DNA from: Hormiphora californensis
Lineage: Eukaryota; Animalia; Ctenophora
Reading direction: 5' to 3'
NCBI GenBank assembly: GCA_020137815.1
Contig: CM035350.1
Location: 4,340,001 to 4,404,000 of the forward strand
Length of the DNA: 64,000 nucleotides
Positions 42,701 to 53,864 of this stretch are shown piece by piece. The position numbers were made by a program, and so were the translations under genes. How positions within the stretch are numbered: position 1 is the stretch's first letter; each line of letters opens with the position of its first letter. Under the pieces are notes generated by a model. The model worked only from the letters and a program-made list of their open reading frames with translations. It did no database searches and had not been told where the DNA came from.

Positions 42701-45700
42701 CTCCTCCCATCACCCCTAACACCCCTCCCATCAACCCTAACACCCCTCCCGTCACCCCTAACACCCCTCCCATCACCCCTAACACCCCTCCTAACACCCC
42801 TGACACCCCTCCCATCACCCCTAACACCCCTCCCATCACCCCTAACACTCCTCCCATCACCCCTAACACCCCTCCCATCACCCCCATCACATTCCACACT
42901 GTACAGAGGGATGAGGAAGCTGGATTCATTCTACCCATCCTCGCCACCCCTCTCTACAACATTCCTCCCTGCCTCTGTGTCATCTACATCTTCGACTATC
43001 ATTGAAACCGGAATCCCATATGAATTTGACCCGTATGTGAAACCATTGCGCTTTGTTATATTATAATTGTGTTTAATTACAATTTAAGATAAACTTCTTT
43101 ATGTAATGACCCACCAATAACTTATTGTACTGTGTTTCTGTCTGATTTTACTATGTTTGCATTTCGGGTTTCGCATTGTTTTGTTCTCTCTCGCGAGTTA
43201 ACTTTTAATCTCATTCAGCTGGGTATAGCTCTGAGTTTTGGGTTTTGGGACACAATACCCATCAACTATTGCTGAGCAAATTTGATTAATATCCCCCCCC
43301 ACATGCCAATAATATCATCATTTAGACTTTCGTCTGATTTATATCGCTGCATGTTCATTGTTCAATCTGATAATGGTCCCACAATCGTTAAACCCAAAAC
43401 TAAACTCCCGATCTAAAACTCCCCCCCCCCCCCAGTGTACTGATGATCCACGAGCACACTGGCACAGAGAAGAGCAACATCTACACAAAGCAGATCCCAG
43501 ATCAGAGGGGGCACAGTAAGAAGTTTATCCACCTTGCTAAAAACTACAAACTTTCCCCTGAAACATTTGATGAGAGTTGCCTTCATAACGCTGAGGTTTG
43601 TATTATGGGGAGGGGGGATGAGTGGGGAGAGTATTTGATTAGAGTTGAGGTTTGTATTATGGGGAGGGGGAGGGGGAGCATTTGATTAGAGTTGTTTGGG
43701 GGGGGGACATGTTAATTGTTAATAAATCACCTCTTTTTTTCGATTTTGTTAATTAACGTTAATTAACAAAATTAACAAAATTAACAAATGCTAAAAGACT
43801 GTTCTTATCGGTTGATAATACGACTTTAACTGGTTTAATTTTATAGTTTAATGACTTACCTAACACATATATACCCAAACAAGGCCTCTTCCGGTAACCA
43901 AAGTCCGACATAAAGGTTTTTTGGCTCAAAATCGATAAAATCCAAAAGTTACAAATATTTCAATTTAGCGTATAAAATCTCACTTTAACGTAATTTTTTC
44001 ATAGATAATCGATTCTTTTAACGAAAGAAGATGATGTACAACGTTTCTGTTGGAAAAAGAAATACAATTTTTCAAAAATCAATTTTTTGGTCAAAGATTG
44101 AAAATTTGATTCGCTACAAATCCTTGTGTTTTTTTAGAAAAATTGATTTTTGGGATATTTTTGATTTTTAGGTAAATTCATGAGTTTTAGAGTTGGAAAA
44201 TGTGAATTAGGGTCATTTGACTTCAATTGCGGTTTAGTTTAGCTAGTTTTTATTAAAAGGTACACAATGGAACAAATCGCTGTAGAAAAGCCGTAGTAGA
44301 GGTAGTATGGGTATGCAAATCGTGCAGAAGGAACAACTTTGCTCGCAGAACAAGTGTTTAATACCAAAAACACGTGCTAAAGGGGATTTAGATGGCATAA
44401 ATGGCATTTGTTAACGTTTGTTAACTTTTTGTTAATTTTGTTAATAAATCACCTGCTTTCTCGATGTTAATATTAACAAAGTTAACAAAATTAACATGTC
44501 CCCCCCCCCAGTTGTTTTCATAACGCTGATGTTTGTATTATGGGGAGGGGATGAGTGGGGAGAGCATTGGCCTGAGCCAAGCTGAGATGATCCCCCTGGC
44601 CCTTTACACCATCCCTAATCCACTAATATCTTTTGCTGAGTTTGGAATCTAACAAAACCACATGAATCATCTCCCTTTCCTCTGTTGTTTAGTAACAACA
44701 ATTCCTTTCCTAGGTGGCTGAATCCCAGGGGCTCCTTCATGCGGCATCTAACTGGCGTCTTCTCACCGTCCTCTTTACAGACACACAGGTCGTCCTGCCA
44801 TTCTATGATGGGGAGATAAACTTTGAAAATCAACGCAAACTGAAACGCTCAAGTAGGTCTCGGTGGTACCTAGATCTATCATTTTAGCTAAGGCTGCCCT
44901 TGCATTTCTCACAATTCTCCCTGGACTCTGGAGGTTGACCATTGTCATTCTAAAACCAGGGTTGTGTTTCCTTCGAATCTTAGCACACACCAGCAGTATT
45001 CTCTGATCAGGGAGGATATCAGTTGTTATGTTCCTTCTTTCCATTTGTATGCGCGCGAAACACAGTGTAGCTAGGCAAGATATCAGTACCAGACACTATG
45101 ATTTAGAAAATCTTCCATTGCAGATACACAGTCGACTGACAGGGGTAATGTGATTTCCTCTGACCAATCTCTGGAGTCTCCAAACATTGAGTCAGACAGT
45201 GACCACACAGACTATAATTTCGGGTAAGAAATTTAGAGAAAAAACCTTGTAACAAATTTTAAGCAAATAAAATAAATTACTAATTGTCTCCTATCAGTCG
45301 GAGCTCCTTCGTAGAGGACCAGAGAAGGTTAGAAGAAGAAGACGACGCTAATGATGAGGGTGATATCCACAACGAATCTCAACCGGTATGTGATACCGTC
45401 CCGGTATGTCGAGCAAGGCAAGTGAGGCCGGGATGGTATCACATACCGGCCCCACTTGCCTTGCTCGACCCTGTTAGAACATCCCCCACCCGATATTTTG
45501 CCTAATTGCCCGTGTGTGTGTGTGTGTATATGTACCTCCGTACTTCCATCCACACTGCTGACGTTGGGGATCAGCTAGCCCTTATTTCCGTAGGATCTCC
45601 CCTTGGCGCCCACACACCGACAACCCGAGCGCCGACCCACACCCCCAGGTCAAAGCCGCCTTCAGTGTTCAAACGGGTTACCCCGTTGTCCCCTCCGACA

Positions 45701-48700
45701 GCGATGACCTTAGAGATGCAGACCGACAGACGATCCTACTTAATAAGTTCTTGCATAAATCCTACCTACGACAGCGGATGCACTAACACAAGCGTGTCAG
45801 TCTTACGTTCCTGGGTTGTCCCAGGTGTAGGTAGTTGCCGAACGATAGCGACGTCTCCATAACTAGAGCGTCTCACTATTTTTTCACTCCCGCATTGCCT
45901 TGTTATGGCTAATACCTTATGGTTTGGGTATAGCGGGAGGGGTCGGTCCACCGAGTCGTTCGCATGCATTTGCATTTGAAGAGGAGTCGGCCCATGTGGC
46001 ACTGTTTGTTATTGGGTTCCATCTAGAATAGGGGTACCAATACCATATCTCTAGTGGCTGGCGACTTTGCAGTTGTGATTACCGTTTCCAGTACTGTTGC
46101 ATACCGTTTGGTTTCAGATCCGACCTGTTATGCTCAGGGCTTTGCGACTTGGCTGTTGTTGAGGCTATCTGTGACGGATCGATTTTTTTAGGGAGGGGGG
46201 AGGTAGCCTTTAGTGACTCATCGGAGTAATCCAGACTTCGTAATCAGTTTTGCTGGGGTTGCCGTTACATATATTGCAGTGGTGCCATGTTATTGTGTTG
46301 TCGTGTGAGACAGTGGTGCTCCGTTTTTGGGGTTGTTGTATAATGCAGTGGTGCCCCTTTTTTGAGGTTGCCGCGTGAGACAGTGGTGCCCCATTTTTAG
46401 AGTTGCCGTTTAATGCAGTGGTGCCCCGTTTTTGGGTTGTCGTATAGTGCAGTGGTGCCCCGTTTTGGGGTTGCCGTATAGTGCAGTGGCGCCCCGTTTT
46501 TGGGTTGCCGTATAATGCAGTGGTGCCCCGTTTTTGGGGTTGCCGTATAGTGCAGTGGCGCCCCGTTTTTGGGTTGCCGTATAATGCAGTTGTGCCCCGT
46601 TTTTGGGTTTGTTGTATAATGCAGTGGTGCCCCTTTTTTGAGGTTGCCACGTGAGACAGTGGTGCCCCGTTTTTAGAGTTGCCGTATAATGCAGTGGTGC
46701 CCCGTTTTTGGGGTTGTTGTATAATGCAGTGGTGCCCCTTTTTTGAGGTTGCCACGTGAGACAGTGGTGCCCCGTTTTTAGAGTAGCCGTTTAATGCAGT
46801 GGTGCCCCGTTTTTTGGGTTGCCGTATAATGCAGTGGTGCCCCGTTTTTGGGGTTGCCGCGTGAGACAGTGGTGCCCCGTTTTTGGGGTTGCCGCGTGAG
46901 ACAGTGGTGCCCCGTTTTTAGAGTTGCCGTATAATGCAGTGGTGCCCCGTTTTTGGGTTGTCGTATAATGTAGTGGTGCTCCGTTTTTGGGGTTGCCGTA
47001 TAGTGCAGTAGCGCCCCGTTTTTGGGTTGCCGTATAATGCAGTGGTGCCCCGTTTTTGGGGTTGCCGTATAGTGCAGTGGGTTGCCGTATAATGCAGTTG
47101 TGCCCCGTTTTTGGGTTTGTTGTATAATGCAGTGGTGCCCCCCTTTTTTTTTAGGTTGCCACGTGAGACAGTGGTGCCCCGTTTTTAGAGTTGCCGTATA
47201 ATGCAGTGGTGCCCCGTTTTTGGGGTTGTTGTATAATGCAGTGGTGCCCCTTTTTTGAGGTTGCCACGTGAGACAGTGGTGCCCCGTTTTTAGAGTAGCT
47301 GTTTAATGCAGTGGTGCCCCGTTTTTTGGGTTGCCGTATAATGCAGTAGTGCCCCGTTTTTGGGGTTGCCGCGTGAGACAGTGGTGCCCCGTTTTTGGGG
47401 TTGCCGTGTGAGACAGTGGTGCCCCGTTTTTAGAGTTGCCGGGGGGGGGGGGGACATGTTAATTGTTAATAAATCACCTCTTTTTTTCGATTTTGTTAAT
47501 TAACGTTAATTAACAAAATTAACAAAATTAACAAATGCTAAAAGACTGTTCTTATTGGTTGGTAATACGACTTTAACTGGTTTAATTTTATAATTTAATG
47601 AATTATCTAACACATATTTACCCAAACAAGGCCTTTTCTGATAACCAAAGTCCGACATACAGGTTTTTTGGCTCAAAATCGATAAAATTGCAAAAGTTAC
47701 AAATATTTCAATTTAGCGTATAAAATCTCACTTAAACGTAATTTTTAAATTGGTAATCGATTCTTTGGACTTAATAAGATGATGTACAACGTTTCTGTTG
47801 AAAAAAGAAATAAAATTTTCCCAAAATCAATTTTTTGGTCAAGGATTGAAAATTTGCTTCGCTACAAATCCTTGTGTTTTTTAGAAAAATTGATTTTTGG
47901 GATATTTTTCGTTTTAAGTTAAATTCATGTGTCTTATTTAGTTTTTAGGGTGCGAAAATGTGGATTAGGGTCATTTGACTTCAATTGCGGTTTAGTTTGG
48001 CTAGTATTTATTAACATTTACAAAATGGAATAAATCGCTGTAGAAAAGCCGTAGTAGAGGTAGTAGGGGTATGTAAATCGTACAGAAAGAACAACTTTGC
48101 TCGCAGAACAAGTGTTAAATAATAAAAATACGTGCTAAAGGGGATTTAGATGGCATAAATGGCATTTGTTAACGTTTGTTAACTTTTTGTTAATTTTGTT
48201 AATAAATCACCTGTTTTCTCGATGTTAATATTAACAAAGTTAACAAAATTAACATGTCCCCCCCCCCCCCCAGTTGCCGTATAATGCAGTGGTGCCCCGT
48301 TTTTGGGTTGTCGTATAATGTAGTGGTGCTCCGTTTTTGGGGTTACCGTATAGTGCAGTAGCGCCCCGTTTTTTTGGGGTTGCCGTATAGTGCAGTAGCG
48401 CCCCGTTTTTGGGTTGCCGTATAATGCAGTGGTGCCCCGTTTTTGGGGTTGCCGCGTGAGACAGTGGTGCCCCGTTTTTGGGGTTGCCGTATAGTGCAGT
48501 GGCGCCCCGTTTTTGGGTTGCCGTATAATGCAGTGGTGCCCCGTTTTTGGGGTTGCCGTATAATAGTGCAGTGGCGCCCCGATTTTAGGTTGCCGTGGTG
48601 CCCCGTTTTTGGGGTTACCGTGTAATACAGCGGTGCCCCGTTTTTAGGTTTTGTTTATTGTCATAGGTATTTACTATTTTCTTTGATCATCTGGAAATCC

Positions 48701-51700
48701 AAAGAGTGTATGTCTTACGGTACTGGGGTTTTCCCAGAATTGGTTTTTGCCGAACGATAGCGCCGGGTCCTCACATATGGACGCGTCACGCTACTTGTAA
48801 TGAATCGATTTTCTTTTGGAGGTCGGCTTTGGCTCACCTAAAAACCCGGATTTCGTGGTCAAATTAAGTAGTTAGTTTAGTTAGATCTTGACTTTGTTCG
48901 GTGTAGGGTTCTTCTTTTGGTTCAGGTACGATGGTAAGGGTAGGTTCACCTAGTCTCCCTGTCTAGTATTCGGTATTTATCGTGTGTGTGTGTGTCGTGT
49001 ACCTCCCGTACTTCCACCCACTTGCTGTCGTTGGGGAGCAGCGATCCCTAGATTTCACAGTTCTCTCCTCAGGTCACCAACACACATGGCTGCCCAGAGC
49101 GCCGTGCTCGATCTCCCGGTCAGGTCCCACCAAGGTAGCGCCGGGTTTCCCCGGTACCCCTTAGTGGTACCCTTCCATTGGAAGACACGAGTCGACAGAC
49201 GAGAACTGTTTCGATAAAGAGCATGAAGGTCACCACCAACAGCAGGCGCACTAGTACTACTGTACCAGTCTTACGGTACTGGGTTTCCCCAGAATAGGTT
49301 AAATCGCCGAACGATAGTGCGCGTTCATCTTCACCATGATGAGGCACCATTTGTGCACTACCACCTGCCTGTTTCCAGGCGTGTACCTCTGATCGGGGTA
49401 CAGTGGTAGGGTTCGGTCCATCGAGTCGTCATAGCAGCTATGATCGAGTCGACCCAGGTGGCGCTGTTCTTTTTGTTTAGCCGATCTAGTTGTGGGGGGC
49501 CAGTCCAAAGACTAGTGACTTGGTTTTTATTGCGCTTTTGCTAGTTGCGGATTTGCTTCTGCCGTGATGGTTTCAACAGACTCTACCTGATGAGATCAGG
49601 GCTTTGCCAGTGTGCACTTTTAAACTACCGTTGGTATAGAATCATTTTGGTGGTAGCGTTATGTTTTATTTGAATAGACCGGATTTGGTGACTACGTTGG
49701 TGAGTTTCCTTAGTTCCAGTGGCTCGTCTTCATTGTAAATGTTTTCTTTGATGTTTTGATACTCTTGAGTGAATCTGAGGTGGTGAAGGTCAGGACAGTT
49801 TAGTAGTTTGTGTTTGGAGTTTTCTCTTTCCCCACATAACTCACAGTTGGGATTTATGGAAGGGTCTCTGTGGGAGAGGGCGCTTCCTAGGTTGTTCTGG
49901 CCCGATATGGCCAGTGTCAGACTTCTCATTGTCTTCTTGTTTTTGATTGTTAGTTTAGTGTTTTCTCTAATAGTCTTTCCGATAATCGTTGTGGTAAACT
50001 CAGAGTAATTTTTCGTCTTTAGTTCGGCGATTGTCCCTGTCTTGTGTTGTTGTTTCAGCTTTGTCGTTATTTGACTCTTTGTTTGTCCTAGTGCATTCTG
50101 GGTGTTTTTGCTGTTTGCAGTCGCTTGTTTTGCTATTTGGTCTGCCCTCTCATTGCCTTCTATGTTTGCGTGGGCCTTCACCTTTACTTTTTCTACGCCA
50201 TTATCTCTTTGCAGTTCGTGTATACTTCGTAGAGTTTCGGTTAGTTGTTTGGAGTTTGAGAAGTTTCTTGTTAGTCTTCTCAGTGTAGTGCTAGAGTCGG
50301 TGTGGATCACTAGGTGTGACTCCTTTGTTTCCATTTCTAGTAGTTTCTTTATTACCATATGTATTGCCAGTAGCTCTGCTTGGTTTATGGTGTTTTCGGG
50401 TGCAAGGGGCTCTTGAAGGATGATTTCCTGGTTATCCATGTAGATTATGGCTCCTGCTCCTGTCACGTGTGTTGAGTCTATCTTAATTCTTGACCCATCT
50501 GTGTACGCGTTTATTACTTTGTTCTTGCTCAGTTGGGAGTTTTGTTCAAAGGTTATATCGGTGTATTTTGTCTGGTCGATGGCATTAGGAGTTTTTAGGC
50601 TTGTTAAGAGTAATTTCATCGCCTTCGAGTGCGTTAGATGCGCTCTTTTTTCGTGGAAGGGGTCTGTCCACCAGTTTCCCTCAGCCTTCAGGTGTATGTA
50701 GTTGTTGATACTTTCTTTGTTGATATGGTAGGTGACATCGTCCACTCCTGCCATTGTGGTTAGCACTATGTGCTGAGTGTGTTCGTGTCCTCCGGTGATC
50801 CTTCGAGTGATAGAGTTCTGTGCTGCTTCCAGCTTCATCTTGAGTGTTTGGTTTTTCAGCGCTTTCTGTCCCCATATGCCTGCCCCGTATGTCAGGGTCT
50901 TCATAAGGATATTGTCGTGAACGTATCTGCCTTAGGCTGTGCTTATTCCCCATTTTGTTGTCATGAGGTGTCTCAGTGGTCTCGCAGATCTTTTAATTGT
51001 TTCTGTTTTATTTTGGACGTGGGCTTTGTAGTTTAAGTTTTTGTCCAGGGTTAAATTCCTAGATACATCGCCTGGTTTGTGACTGGGATAGTGTAGTGCT
51101 AGAGTCGGTGTGGATCACTAGGTGTGACTCCTTTGTTCCCATTTCTGGTAGTTTCTTTATTACCAATTGTATTGCCAGTAGCTCTGCTTGATTTATGGTG
51201 TTTTCGGGTGCTGTTAGTTTTCCAAAATCCAGTTTCTGGTTTTTGTCATATATGTTTTGTTGTATCGTGTATCGCCGATACTATCGGAAATTTAAATGTT
51301 TCAATATCAAGCAAAAGTGAAAAAAGATATCTATAAAGTCGCCTGACCGGGATTTGAACCTGGCATCTTATGCTTCTTAGCCCAGAAAGTGGCCATTAGA
51401 CCACGGAGCTGTTAGGTACAGTGCAATTCAGATATACTTATCCTGTGCCGAGATTAGAAATTTTGGCAGAGGTTCCCCAGGGGCTCCTGGCCCCTACTCG
51501 GTTTTTCAAGAAAGTTCACCCGGCCAGATTCTGGCCCGCCGGTGCCTGTTATTGGAGCAACAGGAGCCCTTGCACAAAAGCTTTATTGGCACTTGAGTAA
51601 TGTTGGTATATATATACTAAGTGTTATCGTGTTGGTCGTAGGGCAGGATTCCCTCAATTTGTGTTAATACCATTTGTTACAGTTGACCGCACTTTATTGA

Positions 51701-53864
51701 TCCATCAGGCCCCAGGATCGCGGCTACGGGACCTATCCCTGGCCTTTCCCCAGAGAGACCTCCCTCCCCGGGTCCTTCCTGTGAAGGACCCGCAGCACCC
51801 ACCCCCCATGAGATTAGGCCCTAGGCTGCCACAGGGAGTCAGAAAATCCTGTCACCTGACTCCCCCCGCAGGGTATTTATCGTGTTAAATCGCCGGTATA
51901 ATCGGAAACTTAAATGCTTCAATATCAAGCAAAAGTGAAAAAAAAGATGTCTAATATTATAAATCTCTTGACCGGGATTTGAACCTGGGATCTTGTGTTT
52001 CTTAGCCCAACTTGTGGCCATTCGGCCACGGAGCTGTTGGTTCCAGTGCAATTCAGATATACTTATCCTGTGCCGCTATTTGAAAATTGGGCAGGGGTTC
52101 CCCAGGGGCACCATGCCCCTACTCGGTTTTTAGGAAGGGAACACCCGGCCAATTGATTTGGACCCGCCGGTGCCTGTTTTAGGGTGGCAACAGGAGCCCT
52201 GGCGTGTAAGCAATGGTGTATAAGCTACATATGTGTTATACGTGTTTTTTGGAACACCCGGCCAATTGATTTGGACCTGCCGGTGCCTGTTTAAGGATGG
52301 CAACAGGAGCCCTGGCGTATTAGCAATGTTGGCACTCCAAGTTCTGTTAAATAGACTTGAGTGTTGTGGTATAAGGTCATAGGGCTGGATTCCCTCTGTT
52401 TGGGCAATGCCGATTTATTGCAGGTTGACCGCACCCGTATTGGTCCATCAGGCCCCAGGACCGCGGCTGTGGGACCACTCCCTAGTCTTTCCCCGAGAGA
52501 TACCCTCCCCCTGCCCCCTCCCTAGTCCCCCGCGGGACTACCATACCCCCTGAGATAGACAATGGGCTGCCACAAGGAGTCAGTAATCCAGTCACCTGAC
52601 TCCCCCCACAGCTAATTGCCCGTGTCAGTTTAGTTGGGCTCTGGAGAACTCTCCAATGATATCAGTACATTGTACAACAGTCCACGCTTTTATTCCTACA
52701 ATTAATCCCTAAGTACTCCCTAGTCCCTAATAACACTCCCCCCTCAGCATCTAAACTGGGACATGCTGGATGCTGCGTTTCAACAACAAACCCTCAACCC
52801 CGAGAGTACTGAGTGTGACGATCAGAGTGACAAAAGCTCCCTTCCCGATACTGACCCTGCCTTTTACAGCTCATACGATGCTGCCCAGGTTGGTGTTGCG
52901 GGGTTGATCTACCGAACCCTCCCAGAGTGCGCTCGTCATTTTAAAATTAAATAGCGGTTTGACCACACAAGTGAGGGGTTACATCTAGCTAGATGTATGG
53001 TATGTGTACCGGGTGTGTTCCTTCCTCTTTATTTATAGGCAGCTGTGCCCAACAGTGCAAAATAAAATGATGTGCTAGATGCGAAACCTATCGGATAAAG
53101 TAGATAGCTGCCTCAAAATTGTTGCATGATTTGCTTTTGTTTCTTCCAAGAAGGACTAGACTGGTATCAATTATAATCGATTGGAATTCAAAAGCAGGTC
53201 TAGAGGCCCCCCAAATCAAAATCGTTCTTACATCCCCTCTCTATTGCCCTCGTTCATTACCAAGAGGACCACTCCCCCTCCCTTTCTTAACCCCATCCCT
53301 CCCCCTGCCCAGGAGAACCCATCTTCATTCCGGCACAACCGCACGGAAAACATCAAGATCAACATCAACTACAAGATAGGCTCTCTAACAATCGACATGC
53401 TGGAGGATCTGGTCGAGGAGGGAGATGTCCAGAGCGCATGTACTATGATCCTCGTCCTGGGATCCCGGTTAGATCGGGCTGTCATGGATTGTCAGGAGTA
53501 TGATATAGTGGACGAGACGGTGCCATGGTTCTACGCTTACCTGGATCTCCTATCCAGGTTCAGGTTGTGGAACATCCAGGCGGATATAGTTCAGAGGAGC
53601 ACTGATGCGATTAAACTGCTGAACAGTACTGGCGAGATTAGGGCGATGTGTGGTAAGCAGACTTGTTATCGACCCCTGAAGAGGGGGAATTGTGACAAGT
53701 GTGGTCCGGTGACAGTGTGCAGTGTGTGCAGGATGACGGTGAGAGGGGTGTTTTTGTGGTGTCAAGGGTGTGGGCATGGAGGACATTATGATCACCTGAA
53801 AGAATGGTTTACCACCCAGAGAGACTGTCCTGCTGCGTGTGGACATGAGTGTGAGTGGTCGTGA
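37574..53864 (+). CDS. WDR24: GATOR2 complex subunit WDR24 (WD40 propeller + C-terminal zinc finger/RING), 17 exons, ~815 aa
   Basis: Exons 37574-37627, 37757-37852, 37947-38029, 38144-38261, 38431-38574, 38837-38947, 39339-39479, 39718-39881, 40412-40461, 41667-41847, 42907-43032, 43436-43595, 44714-44852, 45124-45223, 45298-45385, 52748-52888, 53313-53864; all phases are consistent. WD repeats, CLHNAEVA, GDVQSACTMILVLG, YLDLLSRFRLWN and CSVCRMTVRGVFLWCQGCGHGGHYDHLKEWF..CPAACGHECEWS fit WDR24. Confidence 0.92.
40531..41177 (-). CDS. Secreted 178-aa prepro-protein (signal peptide, RHKR furin-type site), 2 exons, nested antisense in WDR24 intron 9
   Basis: Exons 41177-41054 and 40943-40531, phase 1 on both sides. 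MLARLLLIITIALSSVLS is signal-peptide-like; TATAAAAG at 41265-41258. Confidence 0.72.
41258..41265 (-). promoter_or_regulatory. TATA box upstream of the nested secreted-protein gene
   Basis: TATAAAAG on the minus strand, ~85 nt upstream of the ATG at 41177. Confidence 0.5.
42224..42890. repeat. 21-bp C-rich minisatellite (~31 copies) just before a WDR24 acceptor
   Basis: Unit acccctaacacccctcccatc. Confidence 0.95.
43698..44509. mobile_element. Non-autonomous DNA transposon (MITE) copy 1, poly-G/poly-C termini, 8-bp TSD
   Basis: TIR G(n)acatgttaatt(t)tgttaa; TSD agttgttt at 43690-43697 and 44510-44517. Highly similar to copy 2. Confidence 0.88.
46250..48650. repeat. ~35-bp minisatellite array inside the outer retroelement, interrupted by MITE copy 2
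   Basis: Unit gttgccgtataatgcagtggtgccccgtttttgg(g), with a gccacgtgagacagtgg variant. Confidence 0.92.
47442..48271. mobile_element. MITE copy 2, same family as 43698-44509
   Basis: Same TIRs and body; TSD agttgccg at 47434-47441 and 48272-48279. Confidence 0.88.
49666..51090 (-). pseudogene. RT thumb / RNase H / Cys-His finger remnant of a LINE ORF2
   Basis: YLG-TLDKNLNYKAH with a frameshift and stop upstream of 50904. RNase H motifs YTDGS, NQAELLAI, HTDS and VKAHANIEGNERADQIAK; CELC..HKLLNC. A second copy of ~120 bp of the RNase H region lies at 51091-51211. Confidence 0.88.
51340..51410 (-). ncRNA. tRNA-derived Pol III cassette inside the inner element (not a functional tRNA)
   Basis: A-box TGGTCTAATGG, B-box GGTTCAAATCC and a downstream T-run; the acceptor stem does not pair. 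Confidence 0.6.
51965..52035 (-). ncRNA. tRNA-derived Pol III cassette inside the outer element
   Basis: A-box TGGCCGAATGG, B-box GGTTCAAATCC and a downstream T-run. Confidence 0.6.

Larger units (their letters stand above)
48986..51871 (-). mobile_element. Inner non-LTR retroelement, internally deleted (RT C-terminus + RNase H), inserted in a diverged relative
   Basis: 14-bp TSD ggtatttatcgtgt at 48972-48985 and 51872-51885. (AC)n tail; same 5' end (CTGYGGGGGGAGTCAGGTGAC) as the outer element. Confidence 0.85.
45516..52611 (-). mobile_element. Outer, ORF-less non-LTR retroelement with structured termini and (AC)n tail
   Basis: 14-bp TSD ctaattgcccgtgt at 45502-45515 and 52612-52625. Its 5' (51886-52611) and 3' (45516-~46150) regions are homologous to those of the inner RT-RNase H element. 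Confidence 0.82.

Noticed and set aside
42168-43066. Long repetitive ORFs (GVMGGVL, TPPITPN), and ER/LS ORFs over (GA)n tracts
   Set aside because: By-products of stop-free tandem repeats in introns.
49586-49600. CTGATGAG here, and CTGATGG..GAAA in the 5' leaders, as hammerhead ribozyme cores
   Set aside because: The first is not conserved in the outer copy and lacks a placed GAAA; the second lacks the conserved A9 and a valid NUH site.
51340-51410. Functional tRNA-Leu(AAG) gene
   Set aside because: Acceptor, D and anticodon stems do not pair; only the A and B boxes are kept.
51424-51440. CAATTCAGA as RNase P RNA CR-V
   Set aside because: No complementary CR-I (GGAAGGTCTGA-like) upstream; probably chance.
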